From NCBI RefSeq assembly GCF_009914755.1, contig NC_060934.1: a stretch of 64,000 nt of DNA; one strand, written 5' to 3'. A program made the translations under genes and the position numbers. Under the pieces are notes generated by a model. The model saw only the letters and a program-made list of their open reading frames with translations. It ran no database searches and was not told the origin of the DNA. This document shows, piece by piece, positions 28,529 through 43,899 of this stretch; the stretch's first letter is position 1; every line of letters begins with the position of its first letter. This stretch comes from the human T2T-CHM13v2.0 reference genome, Homo sapiens.

Positions 28529-28975
28529 GGCCGTGCATGGTGGCTTATGCCTGTAATTCCAGCACTTTGGAAGGTGAAGGCAGGAGGATCACTCTAGGCC
28601 AGGAGTTTGAGACCAGCCTGGGCAACATAGCAAGACTCCAACTCTACAAAAAATTTTTTTAAATAAAAATTAGCCAGGTGTAGTGATGCACGCCTGTAGT
28701 CCCAGCTACTCAGGAGGCTGAGGCATGAGGATCACTTGAGGCCAAGAGTTTGAGACCAGCCTGGGCAACATAGCAAGACCCCATCTCTAAAAAAATAAAA
28801 ATAAAAAAAAAATAGCCAGGGCGTGGTGGTGACATGTGCCTGTGGTCCCAGCTACCCTAGAGGCAGAAGTGGGAAGATGGTGTGAACCCAGGTGTTGGAG
28901 GCTGCAGTGAGATAGGACCATGCCACTACACTCCAGCCTGGGTGACAGCGACAGCTTGTCTCTTAAAAAAAAAAA
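28529..28975 (+). mobile_element. Trimeric AluJ
   Basis: Left arm, then right/left chimeric arm, then right arm. Confidence 0.88.
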
Positions 28976-29794
28976 TTGTCTGATGAGTGAATAAAATGAA
29001 TGAATGGACATTCTTGGATGTAGAATTGCAGTCTTAAGAACTTAATTCTGATGGAAATGCTTCCTAACCGATTGCCTCCCTATCTAAAATGAAATATAAT
29101 CGTGTCGCTCCACTTCTGAAATATCTAAATATCTCTCACACCCCGAGTGAAGCTGAAGCTCCCTGGCATTTGTTCATCACCAGGCACTGGTGGGGGCTGG
29201 GACATGACAGTGAACAGATGCGGAAGTGGCCTTTGTCCCCTTTTGCCTACAGTCCAGTTGAAAATAGGGCCTGCCTGTCTGTCTGGCCTCACCAACCACT
29301 ATTTCCTGCTGGCGTTTCGCCTCCCAGCCAAGGAGAACGCTCCTACAGGCCCCTGTGCTTCTTGCCTTCTTGCTTTCGCACGGCCGTACATCTGCGCGGA
29401 AAACCCTCCCGTCCTCCCTGACACCTGGTTGACTCCCACTCACTCTTCCAGCTCCGCTCAGACGCCTCATTCCCCGGGAAGCCTTCCCCGAGGTTCCCCT
29501 CTCCCATGCCCTAAATAACCCATGCGCATCTCTATGCTCAGCACGTTTTCATCACCACCTTTGCATATGTCTTTATACTGCTCTCCGTCAAGAATTCTTC
29601 AAAGACAGGCATCACGGCAGTGCTTTGTGTTTTAATAATTTTCTTGTATTCCAGATCCTCAAAATGTGTTCACCTGTACACGGTGTATGGTATTTAATTT
29701 CACTTTATCACTTTCTTTTAGCCAAGCATTGTGATCAGAACCCAATAGATTTTTATAGTTAAATCCATCCTGCTAATAAAAAGCAGGGGAGTCA

Positions 29795-30152
<358 letters not shown>

Positions 30153-31409
30153 TTAAGGAAGGCAGCCTTCCTTAAAGTCTGGAACTGTGACCACTGTTTC
30201 TCATAAATGAACAAGGACCAGTCGCAACACTGGCCCCAACAATAAAGCCCACTTTTTTGGGGATACCTGCAATGCATTTTGAAGACTCCTGAAAGCTTTT
30301 GAGGGGGCCTAATAAAAGCTCTTAATAATAGAGCAGGTCTAGTTTCTATTAGATCTTGAAATAGACATGCTTCCATCTCTCCCTAGTCTCTCCTTTGTAA
30401 ACTATGAATTGTTTTCATGTTGGCTCTTAGAGATCTAAGGTTCTTCCTTTGTTCATGTACTTTTAACTTCTTTGTGTGGTTTTGGGAAGGTAGGCACAGA
30501 TTTTTTCTCAAAAGTGAAATCAAGTTCTCAGTAGAAGAGGAAATACATAGTGAAGAGAAAGGAAAGTACCTTTCAAATCTTCAGAGAATGCCCCTTGTGC
30601 TCTTTACAAAGGAAATTCCCTTGGAAATGGTTATAACCTAAACTATTAATATGATCAGCTCATAATAATAGTGATAATAATAATAATATCTACTATTTGT
30701 TGAGTGCCATGCACATTACACGCATTATCTATAATTTCTGTGGCAACACAACACTGTAGGTCTTGTTAATTTCCATTGTATAGATTCGGAAATGGAGGCT
30801 CAGAAACACTAAGTAACTTGCCAAAAGTCTGTACCTAGAAGGAAGCAGATTTGTATCCAAGTCAATTTTTAAGACCTCCAAAGTGCATTCCGTTTTTTCC
30901 GTCATGGCTTAATTTTGAGCAAAAGGAGGCATGGGTTGATAAAGGGCTTGCAGTGCGAAGTCTCAGATTGGTTTCTGGAGGAGCGGAGGGGAACCTTGAG
31001 GAAAGAATTGGAAGTTTAAGCGCCAAAAATCATGTTCAGCCACAGAACATTTCTGCCACCCCTTGAAATCAGAATCATGGCACCCGAGCAGAGCTCTGCA
31101 GACACCTGGAAATGTTCTGGGTCAACAGGGCCGAGCCCCATGATGAGGCATAGGCTGAGCCTCTGCAGCCCCCAGTCTGGGACCTTGGCATCCTTCTTGG
31201 TGTGTATTAGAATGCAGCTACTTATGGATTCTGTTGATTTTCAACGTAACCCTCATGGCAATCACAGTCACATCTCTGATTCTGCTCCTTCTCCCTGTGT
31301 GACTTTGAACAGGTCAGCCTGAATCTTCCAGAAGGGCCTTTTTTTATCTGTCTATATAGCAGGCTGAAACTGGTGTTTAATCCACTTTCCTGCCCAAAGA
31401 CACAGAGTG

Positions 31410-31625
31410 CAATAACACAGTGGTCAGCAGTACAGGCTATGGTAGCTGACTCCTGAGGTTTGAACCACCAACCAACAGCTTACTAGTGGTGTAACTTTAG
31501 GCTAATGAGTTCTAACCTTTTCTTCATCTCAGATTCCTACTCATAGGCATGCTATGAGGGTTGCATTGTGTAATGTATAAAGAGGGAGTTTTTGGCACAG
31601 AGTACATGTTAAATAAAATATATGC
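31410..31625 (+). mobile_element. MIR
   Basis: Degenerate sense MIR. Confidence 0.6.
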
Positions 31626-32935
31626 TATGGTATTATTTCCATTATCAGCATCCACTAAGGGCGTGAAATCTGGCAGCTTTTGTCTGTATACAATACCGTC
31701 TTCTCCACTATGTTAGATGTCAATCCTTGGTTTGAGCCTCATAGGTAACTGCTGTGAGCTTTAATGAGACCCCGGGTGAATTACATCTTGTAAGTTAATC
31801 ATAGGAAACAGTCTTGTCCTAAATAACTGTGCCCTACATTCCAATTCCATCCCTGTCCTCTGAGTGCACCAAGTGTATGCTCCTTGCCGAGATGTTCGCC
31901 CTGCTCGTGTGTGAATAACTTAGGAGTGAATTCAAATGCATTTAAATAGCCCACAACCTTTCAGCAATTGAGGGTGCACTGTTTGCCTTCCCATGGGAAT
32001 GCCCGTCAGTCACATCTAAAGGTGCGTGCTCTGAACTTCAGCATTTACCCCTGAGGTGTTGCTGTGTCTCATCCTCAACTGTGTGGCGCAGTATTATCCA
32101 CGCCCATAGGTCAACTTCTGGTTCCTTCTACCTTCTCAGGCCCTTGCAGCCCTACGTCACTCAGCAAGTCAGTGACAACACTGCCGAAAAATGATGGAGA
32201 ACCCATTTCATTCCATTTTTTAGGAGTTAGAACTAAAATTATATTTTACATCAGAAGGTAGTCTGTAGAGAAAAATAGAAAATGCACCTGAGTTGTCTAA
32301 GTGTGTTCTTACAAAGGAAATTCTTTTGGAAATGGTTATAACCTAAACTATGATCAGCTAATAATAACAGTAATAATAATAATATCTATTATCTGTTGGG
32401 CGGTGATGTGCATATTATGTACATTATCTATAATCTGCAGCAAGACTGCACAGCAGGTCTTGTTAATTCCAATTGTATAGATCCAGAAATCGAGGCTCAG
32501 GAACATTAAGTAACTTGCCAAAAGTCTATACCTAGAAAGTTGCAATGTTCAGTTCAAAGGGAAACCCACGGCGGGTCCCAGATCAGACAAAATGAAATGC
32601 CACAACCGCCGATTCTTACAATACTTACAGGCACCATGTGGCTGTTGTCTTATTTGTTGAGGGTTCAAGGCTTGTGTCAACACCTCCACCTGACAGACAA
32701 GGAAGTAGGCAGTAAGTTCCTGGCCTGCCCAATGGCTCCTAGTGACTCTGAGGGACATTCACAATGAGAATAGACAGCCTCTCACTTTAGGTGATGAGCG
32801 CTGTTCACTGAGAGCTGTCACCTGCCAGGATCAGTGGAAAGTTGCTGCTAGATCAAATATTTACACACTCATAAGTTGCTTCCTAGTATAGTGAGTTCCT
32901 CATAATACAAAAGTACCTAAAATTCTGGGTTTTTA

Positions 32936-33313
<378 letters not shown>

Positions 33314-33379
33314 CTACCATTAAAGTTAAACACTTTATCTTCTTTGCTTATTGAAAGCAAGAGAGAGAGAGCTTGCTAA

Positions 33380-33725
33380 AGCCATGCTTCTCATCCTTTT
33401 TCCTTCCCTCCCCATTCCCTCCCCAGAAGGTGATAGTCTCCTACAGTAGGTCTCTAGCATTCCCTATTTGTTTCTGTCCTTTGCATATGAATGTAGCATA
33501 AGCAGTATACACTGTTTTGTGTGTTTTTCAACTTTACAGAAATGCAGCTAGAACAGAGTTATCTTTTCCCAACTTATTTTCCATTCAACATCACATTTTT
33601 GAGATTTATCAATATGAGTGTTTTTGAATTTCATCCATTTATTGGATTCCATGGTGCAAATATACCACAGGATGTGTCTACGTTCTCCAGCTGAGAGACA
33701 AGTTACGTCTAAGTGTTCATTATTT
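33380..33725 (-). mobile_element. Old L1ME-like fragment (continues ~34340-34525)
   Basis: Antisense L1M motifs (ttccatggtgcaaatataccacag; gaacaaatttccgttcccatcag). Confidence 0.5.
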
Positions 33726-33865
33726 ACAAACAGCCAGGGCCTTTGCTCCTAGCGGTTCCTCTGCCTGCCAAGCTCCTCTTCCGGGAATTCATTCATTTGA
33801 TGACCTTCTCAACATGTCCACTTAATTTGCTCCCTCTTCTTCCCATGTTTTTACTCAGTTATCAG

Positions 33866-34052
33866 TAGCATTGTCAGAGAAAAGACAGGAAATCCAGTTA
33901 AATTTGAATTTCAGATAAACAACAAGTTCATGTGTAGTATAAGTATACCCCCAAGTGCTATGTGGGATATACTTACCCTAACAAAAGATTCACTGATTAT
34001 CTAAAATTTATGTGGGAATCTTATATTTGTATTTGTTAAATCTGCAACTCTA
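33866..34052. mobile_element. MER53-like palindromic hAT MITE
   Basis: ccagttaaatttgaatttcagataaacaac...agtataagtat...atacttac...tctgcaactcta; degenerate TIRs. Confidence 0.8.
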
Positions 34053-34599
34053 ATTGTGACATTCTCAGTGAGGCCATCGCTGTACAGCCTAGTTACAGTT
34101 TTAGCCTCCTCCCCAACACTTCCTATTCTTTTTCACTCTCTTATTGTTTTTTCACAGCCCTTATCATCAGTTTTCCTGCAATGTATTTCCTTATTTATTT
34201 TGCTCATTACATATCTTTTTCCTCTGGAATGTAAGCCCTTTGCAGGCAGGATTTTTGTTTTGTCTTCTGCTATGTGAGACACAGTATGTGCTTAATAAAT
34301 ACTTGCCGAGCAAATGAATAAATGAATGAAAGGGTGCAAGGACTGCCTTTGTACATGTCTCCTTTGTAGTGTGTGAGATTTTCTCTAGGATAAACATTTG
34401 GAAGTAAAATTGCTTTCTGTAGGGTGTGTGTCTTTACTAGGTATTGCCAATTTGCTGTCTGAAGTAATTGAACAAATTTCCGTTCCCATCAGTAACGTAT
34501 AAAAGTTCCCATTTCTTAACACCCACAGTACCTTTCTGTCTTTACCTTTGCAATTGCAATAATTTTGATTTTTGAGTCAACAGTTGAGACCAGCATGGA

Positions 34600-36600
34600 A
34601 ACATAAGATAACCACAAATGAATTCAAAATAAACAGTAATTATGAATGCAAAAGGTGTCAGATGTTCTTAGGTGCTTATTTAAAAGATGAGTTAATTATT
34701 ATGGATGTACGAACAATTCTAAACCATGGTGTCTCTTGTGTAATAAAATAAACAGAAATTGCCCAAACTTAACACTGTCGCAATGCCATTTAAAAACTCA
34801 TAATAAAAAATTTTGAAGAAAAACCATTTTATTTATTTTGCAACTAAAAAGGAGGAAGTCTTGCCTAAGAAAACTAAAATGAAAACCCAAACGCAAGTGG
34901 TGGAGAGTTCTTTAAGATCTGCTTCAGAATTGCCAGAAACATGCAACTCATGTCAAAAGAGAAAATTTGAAAAAGTCCTTTGTTATAGACATGGCCAATC
35001 TCTTTTAAGTCCAAAAGACGAGTTTGAGGTATATAAAAAAGCACTGTAATTAAAGGATACAAAAACATGGCCTATTTTAATGTGTTCTTAATACATTCTT
35101 GGACAGCCATGAAATATGTTGTGAAACATTGTAAAAAATGGCCACTATCTCTCACTCCTTCCTGTTTCACGGCTTTGTAATGTGACTGTGAAGTGATGTC
35201 TAGAAGTGAAATCTGTTTTTCTTCCACTTGAATCTGGGCTGGTCTTCTGGTTTGTCTTGGCCAATAAAATGCAGGAGTGATAATATGCTAGTTCAAAATT
35301 TAAGTCTCCAAAGGACTTTGATGCTTCAATTTGATCTCTTGGAAGACTGCCTAGCTGCCATGTGAACAAGCCTGGTCTAACCTGCTGGAAGATGAGAGCA
35401 GGTGGATCAAAGCTGAGGCAGCCTAGTTATCTCAGCCCAGGCCTCAGAGAGGGGAGAGAACCCAGCTGACATCAGCAGTGTCATCCACTTGACTTGCAAC
35501 TGACCACAGATGCATGAGGGAGAGGAGAACTGCCTTGCTGAGCCCCGCCTGGATTACCAACATATGCAATCATGAGCTACATAAATGCTGGTTATTTTAA
35601 GCTATTATATTTTGCGATGGTTTGTTACTTAGCGATGGTTAACTGGGACACAGGCTAACTTGGTTCTTCACCCTGCAGAAAGCAGATTTGTTAATTTCTT
35701 CATTTACTTTTCTTTTGCTAAATGTATGCTGATGAAAATTGTTGAATATGTTTTAATTTGCAAAGGATTTGATGGGAAAATAACTGATAAAGATTTTTTT
35801 TCCACAAATATGTGAGTGTTTTATTGAGCACAATATCAACTGGAACCAATAAACAATTATGCACACAGCTGGCACCCAGCAATGACACACAGCTGCACTG
35901 GAACATTTTGCCCCGTGCATGTACCAGAAACCACGGCATCATTCACCAACACCATCCTGTTAAGCCTCTGGGAGTTTCATGAAAAAAAAAAAAAAAAAAA
36001 AAGTCTAGTGGTTTGAAAACTTGTCTTTTAAGGGAAATTATTAAGAAAATGAAAACTGCCTCTGAAATTTGACTTCAAAATTGTATTCTAGGTATATCCT
36101 TTTCCTTCTCAGCCAGGGAAAGTGCTATGTGGAGTTTTCAAACTCATAGATGAATTACTAGTTTTCTTCAAGGAGAACAAATACAAACAAATAAAAATCC
36201 TGACTACAGCTTTGAAAAATCCAAATAAATAACATTAATCATGAAGAGTGGCTCACAAATCTTTTTTCAAAGCTGAATTTCCACAGTCTACCAGGGCAAA
36301 AGAAAGCTAGGAATGTTTTTTCCTGCACATGATAAGATCATTTCCAAAAAAGTAAAGCTCTGCAAATGAATGCAAATGTTGATGGTGAACAATTAATCTT
36401 TTGTAACCTCAAGTTCAGTTCATATTATGAAAATTATAGTGTTGGGGTAAAAATATAGAAAACAGCCTCCATTATCTCACTTCACTAAAACGGTTTTAGA
36501 TACTCAAGAATCTAAAAGAGATTGACTAGCAAATCAGAGTTCATTCAGTTCACCACCTGCAAGGAAATGCATTTTTTGACATTTTCACCTGCAGAAGCCT
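34600..36600 (+). mobile_element. Fossil hAT-Charlie transposase, interrupted by an MLT1 LTR
   Basis: Frame-broken motifs: BED-like QCHLKTH (~34781-34801); EYVLICKGFDGKITDKDFF (35744-); FIEHNINW; LCT.G.PAMT; HGIIHQ; LSQGK/VLCGVFKLIDELLVFF (36108-). These match the Charlie/Buster (ZBED5-like) motifs CTDGAPAM, HCxxH and WLSRGKVL. Confidence 0.75.
35120..35651 (+). mobile_element. MLT1 (F/G-like) MaLR solo LTR
   Basis: tgtg...aaaaatggccac...ccacttgaatctgggctgg...ggtttgttac...taactgggacaca. Confidence 0.8.
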
Positions 36601-36639
36601 AAAAACGGGCCATAGTTTTGTTGTACCTCAAGGAATCTC

Positions 36640-36936
36640 TTTTTATTTTTATTTTGGAGACAGAGTCTTGCTCTGTTGCCCCAGCTGGAGTGCATGGCAC
36701 AATCTCAGCTCACTGCAACCTCCGCCTCCCGGGTTCAAGCGATTCTCATGCCTCAGCCTCCTGAGTAGCTGGGACTACAGGCACGTGCCACCTCGCCTGG
36801 CTAATTTTTTGTATTTTAGTAGGGACTGGGTTTCACTGTGTTACCTAGGGTGGTCTCGAACTGCTGAGCTCAGGTAATCCACCTGCCTCGGCCTCCCAAA
36901 CCGCTAGGATTAGAGGTATGAGCCACTGTGCCTGGC
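36640..36936 (-). mobile_element. AluS
   Basis: Antisense dimer; TSD CCTCAAGGAATCTCTT. Confidence 0.95.
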
Positions 36937-37594
36937 CTCAAGGAATCTCTTTAGTGATTCTGCTGGACAAGCATACAAAGCAAAGAGAAAATCCTTTTAC
37001 TCTGTGCCCACATATTTATGGGGTCTAGGTCCTCAAAATACTGAAGCACCCAAACAGAGAAGAGAAAGTTTCTAGAAACTGAATCTGACAGCTACAGCTT
37101 TCTTCCCTTTTCTTTAATGCAACCCAGTTTCCCAAAATGAATATGCACAATCCAAATGCTTCTCATTTTTGTTTTTCCTTTATTTTTCCTAACAGTAAAT
37201 ATTTTAACTTTGACAATGAACCCTTTATATTATAGAAAAGAATGCAAAGTTTACAAGGAATGTAAGATAAACAATGAGACTAAAAAGCAGCTTCCTACAG
37301 TAGCAGTGTTGGGGACAACAGCAGGGATCAGGACCCTTGTGCACTGCTGGTGGGACTGTGACATGGTGTAGCTACTTTGGAAAACAGCCTGGCAGTTCCT
37401 CAAAATGTTAAACACAGAGGGACCATGTGACCCATGCCTGGGTATATAACCAAGAGAAATGGAAACATATATCCACAGAAACTTGCACATGAATGTTCAT
37501 AGTGACATTACACATAATAGGCAAAAGCAGGAAGAAACTAAATGTCCATCCGCTGATGAACAGATAAGCAAAATGTGATGTATCCACATAATAG

Positions 37595-37849
<255 letters not shown>

Positions 37850-37862
37850 TAGAATATTATTT

Positions 37863-38160
37863 GGCTGGGCGTGGTGGCTCACACCTGTAATCCCAGCAGT
37901 TTGGGAGGCTGAGGCGGGTAGATCACCTGAGGTCAGGAGTTCGAGACCATCCTGACCAACATGGTGAAACCCCATATCTACTAAAAATACAAAATTAGCT
38001 GGGTGTGGTGGTGTGTGCCTGTAATCCTAGCTACTCCGGAGGTTGAGGCAGGAGAACCTCTTGAACTCAGGAGGCAGAGTTTGCAGTGAGCTGAGGTCAC
38101 ACCATTGCACCGTAGCCTGGGTAAGAAGAGTAAAACTCCATTTAAAAAAAAAAAAAAAAA
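37863..38160 (+). mobile_element. AluS
   Basis: Dimer; TSD ~ATATTATT. Confidence 0.93.
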
Positions 38161-38689
38161 GGATATTATTCAGAAAAGAAATGAAGTACTGATACATGCC
38201 CCAACATGGATGAACCTTGGACACATTATGCTAACTGAAACAAATCACTTACAAAAGACCACATATTGTCTGAGTCCACTGATATGAAATGTGCAGAATA
38301 GACAAATCTATACATAGAAAAAGTAAATCAGTATTTTCCTAGGGACAAAGGGATGGAGTTAATGTGTGTGGGGATGATAGCTTATGAGTACAGGATCTCT
38401 TTTTGGGGTGGTGAAGATGTTGTAAAAGTGGGGCAATGGTTGCATGACTGTGAATATACTACAAATCACTGAATTGCGTACTTTAATAGATGAATTGTAT
38501 GGTTTGTGAATTAGATCTCAATAATAACAATAAACATAAGCATCCTGCTTTCATTAGGCCACCATCCCCAGGCTTCAGGCCACGTCTTTTGATCTTCTCT
38601 GCCATTAGGGTCTTTGGTGCTAAAGGGATGGGAGACATTCACATAAGGGTCCAGCCACATCTCCTGAGGCACGTGATCCGCCTTCATTC

Positions 38690-39000
38690 ATATGACAAAC
38701 ATCTACTGAGCTCCTGCAACATGCCAGGACCTCAGTAGATGGGGTATCCTTAGTAACTGTATCCTTAGTACTAGTAGATGGGGTATCCTTAGTAAATGGG
38801 GTATCCTTAGTCACTTAGTAACTAGGACTAGTACTAAGGATACAGTTAGTGAACAAAATAGACTCCCAAAGTCCCTGTCCCTGTACTGCTGAAGTTGGCA
38901 TTCTGGTGGGGGAGTTTGACAATGAACAAATACTAAATAAGTACATAGACTATCAGGCGGATATGAGCTGTAGCTCAGGATAGAGGACGGGGAGACGCAG
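38690..39000 (-). mobile_element. L2 fragment containing a complex micro-repeat
   Basis: catctactgagctcctgcaacatgccagg...ggatacagttagtgaacaaaatagac. Confidence 0.65.
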
Positions 39001-39679
39001 AGGCCTCTAAGAGACAACCATAGTGACTGGGGGAAGAGCTGGGAGGTGAACTTGGCTAGCAGGTGAGGCTTGACTGCCTGTGGACCAACACCCCTCTCCC
39101 TCCCTGGAAAGGAAGCAGCTGAGGTCAAAGCCCTGGGCAGTCATTCAGCTGTGGCCTCTGCTCAAGAAGAGGAAGGCGCGGGCAGATGCCTTCTGTTGTC
39201 TAAAGCCAGGGATGCATGTTGGCCTAATTTCCTCTTTGGGAGGATTACAGGGCAGAGTATGCTGTGGTTTCAGTGAAACATTTTACAAAGTTTCTCATGA
39301 TCTACTCAAGGTCAAGATGAAAACGTATACTCTTATCATAGGCAGACTTCTAACGGGTAAAATAACCATATACAAGGAATGTCAATTTCTGAAATAATAT
39401 ATCAAGTTATGAATAACGTATCCAATATGCTGATGATGAGTACTAGCAGTAATACTACTACCAACACTATGATAAATTAATATTATTAACAAGGTCAATA
39501 ATCAGTGGCATTCAATATTATTAACAATAATAACAGCCGAATTCTAATAAGAGCTTCATTGATCTCTGTGAACCACAGGCCTTTTATTTTTATGTACTGA
39601 TAAATACTTTTATTATCCCTTGGTTGCATTTATAAAATCCAATTTTTAAAATGACAAAAACTTAGCTTAAAAGCAAGAT

Positions 39680-40320
<641 letters not shown>

Positions 40321-40461
40321 AAAAGAATAGCTCTAGCAGTGGGAAGGCGGGGGCTAGCGAACTGGAGCACGGTTTTCTTCGAGATTAGATGTGTTAAGTG
40401 CTGGTGCATGGAAGGAGGACCAACTAGGTGGAAAGGGTCAGGAAGCGGGGCTTAAAAGTGA

Positions 40462-40757
<296 letters not shown>

Positions 40758-41539
40758 GTGGGCAGATTTTGTGGTGACTGCACAAAGGGCTTTGTGCCAC
40801 TCAGAGCTGCTACCCAAGGAGGTGGCTTTCTGGAAGCGGTGGGTGAGTGTCCTCTCCCTGGAGTGTTCCTGCAGAGGCTGGGCACCACCTGTGCTCCCGC
40901 TGCAGAGGGAATCCCTGCTCCCTGTGGGCGGTTGGCCTCCTGACCTCTGAGGTCCCTTCTGGCTCTTGGAGTCAGGGACCAGGCACGGCGAACAAAGAGC
41001 TCCAGTTGGGGGGTTGGCTCAGGCACTGTGGTTTCCCAACACTAGTAATTTGTATTCAGAGAACAAACACAACATTGTCTGAATTCACCACTGCTGAAGG
41101 CACAGACTTGGAGAAGTCGCAATGATCTGCAATGGCACTGACGGCAGGTCAACTGGAACTGCAAAATCTCTCAAGATGGAAGCCAGTATCTCATCTATGA
41201 GCCCTGCTACACCCTGTGGCTGCCTGACCGTGGCTCTGGCTGTGAAGTCTTTAGGTTTCATTCTCTCTTCCCCACCAGGGAAGGGTCTCAGGGAGCCCCG
41301 CTCAGCTCCATCATCTGCCTGGTCACCGCTGTAGATTGTTCACTTTGGCTTTGCCTCCCATCTTCTTCCTTGGGTCTATGGCTGGTCCTCACACTCCGAG
41401 GATCCTGGATCTCACTTTTCCTTTGCTTCTACATCTACTCTTAAGGCCCAGCCCTGCCCATTCCCCTTCTGGATTTTGGGGATCCCAGCCCAGGTCAAGG
41501 TCTTTATTGCCCTTGAGCAAAGGCCCAACTAGTGTGTAG

Positions 41540-41720
41540 TAATAGTGCCATTTATTGACTAACATATGCCAGATGTTGAACAGTCTCTATTTCACCTAGT
41601 CCCATAATGACAGTTCAGAGCAGGTGTTATACCCATTTTACAGAAGAGGAACCTGAGGCTCCAAGGCTCAGTAACTTGCCTGAGGTTCCCCAGTGTGTGG
41701 TAGAGCTAGAATTCAAATCT
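41540..41720 (-). mobile_element. MIR
   Basis: cccattttacagaagaggaacctgaggctc...gtaacttgcctgagg. Confidence 0.75.
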
Positions 41721-42354
41721 CTCTTTGTAGATTCAATGTACAATGTAGAATTCAAATCTCTCTGTAAATTCAAATCTACATTTTTCTCTAGTGTCTCATG
41801 CCGATCATGCTGACGTCAGCACCTCACTAAAACCATACCATATTTTCAGTAAATATGTGTTGATTATTTCTTTTGTATTTGTTTGCTTGTTTTTAGGAGA
41901 AGAAGAAAAACATTCTACTCATTTCCCCCCAAAAAAGAAAGAAACAGAAGAAAAAGATAATCTCACATGGCTTTGAAATAAACAGTGGCCGAGCACATTT
42001 AAAACGAAAGCTTTGTGTGAGAGAAATCTGCTTTAAGGTTTTATACTTGGATTGTTCTAAGTAGGAAAAGAATTGTCTCTGTGTGCTCACCGAAGTTTTG
42101 GCTCTCAAAACAGTGTTTTAAAAAAGTTTCAATATAGCAGGGATGACATACTTCCTGATAAAGATTCTCATCACCAAGAAGTGGCTTTAGTGTGATGAAT
42201 ACCAAGTCAGGTGACAAATTATGCAGCTCCTAGCTAGGGTGTGATTCGGATTGACAAACACAGGAGGGATAAGCATGCGGATATTAATATTGTTGGGAGA
42301 TTCTTTAATTCTGCCCAATTCTTCTATCTGGTTCTATCTTAATATCCATCACAG

Positions 42355-42675
<321 letters not shown>

Positions 42676-43139
42676 TAATAATATACACACACTGTACTTT
42701 CATTCTCTCTAGGGGGTAAACAAACAAATCAAGGACTGTAAATATCAAACTTCAGAAAAGAGTAACCAAGCAGGACACAAACCCAACAGCTCACCCTTTC
42801 TCATTCCCCAGTTGGCAGGGCTGGCACCGAAGGTCCCTCTCTTTGCAACACCCGGCAAAGGGGACAGGAAATCTGAGCCACAGTTGGGCACTGGCACTCA
42901 CAAGGTGCATGGCCTTGGGTGAGCCCTTTGATCAGTTTCTGCTCCTCAGTTTTGTTGCTGATAGCACGGGGAGTATTAGGATCTCAAAGAGCTGCAGGAA
43001 AGTTCAGAGGATGTGGTGTGGGCAAGCGCACTGTCAACTGTAAATCACTCTACAAAAAGTGATCACTATTACCTTAGTCAACAGGCATTTCCCAGTGCGG
43101 AGAATTCAGCTGACCTGCTGTTGAAAAGGAGACACTCCA

Positions 43140-43370
43140 CCTAAAACTGCTTTCTCTTCCCCAGCACTGAGATTTATTCTTCTCCTTTGTTTTCATTACT
43201 TCCTATATTGCATGTTTATTTATTTGTCCATTGTCTGTTTCCCTGTATTAGAATGTGGGTTTCTTGCAGGCCTGGCTTTGGTCTGTTTAGTTCTCTGTTG
43301 TATCCCCAGAGCCTTGAACAGTGCCTGGAACATACTAGGCTCAATACACCATTGTTGAATTAATGAATGC
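43140..43370 (+). mobile_element. L2 3' end
   Basis: tgtatccccagagccttgaacagtgcctggaacata...ttgttgaattaatgaatg. Confidence 0.75.
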
Positions 43371-43452
43371 TAAATGACGTCTCCAGTCTAAATGACCCCC
43401 ATCTTAGCCCCCAGCTCTGATAGTATGAACAAGCAGTAAAAATGTCACGTAG

Positions 43453-43899
<447 letters not shown>

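Noticed and set aside
38735-38848. CRISPR-like repeat-spacer array
   Set aside because: Eukaryotic context, 11-nt repeats with irregular short spacers, no cas genes.
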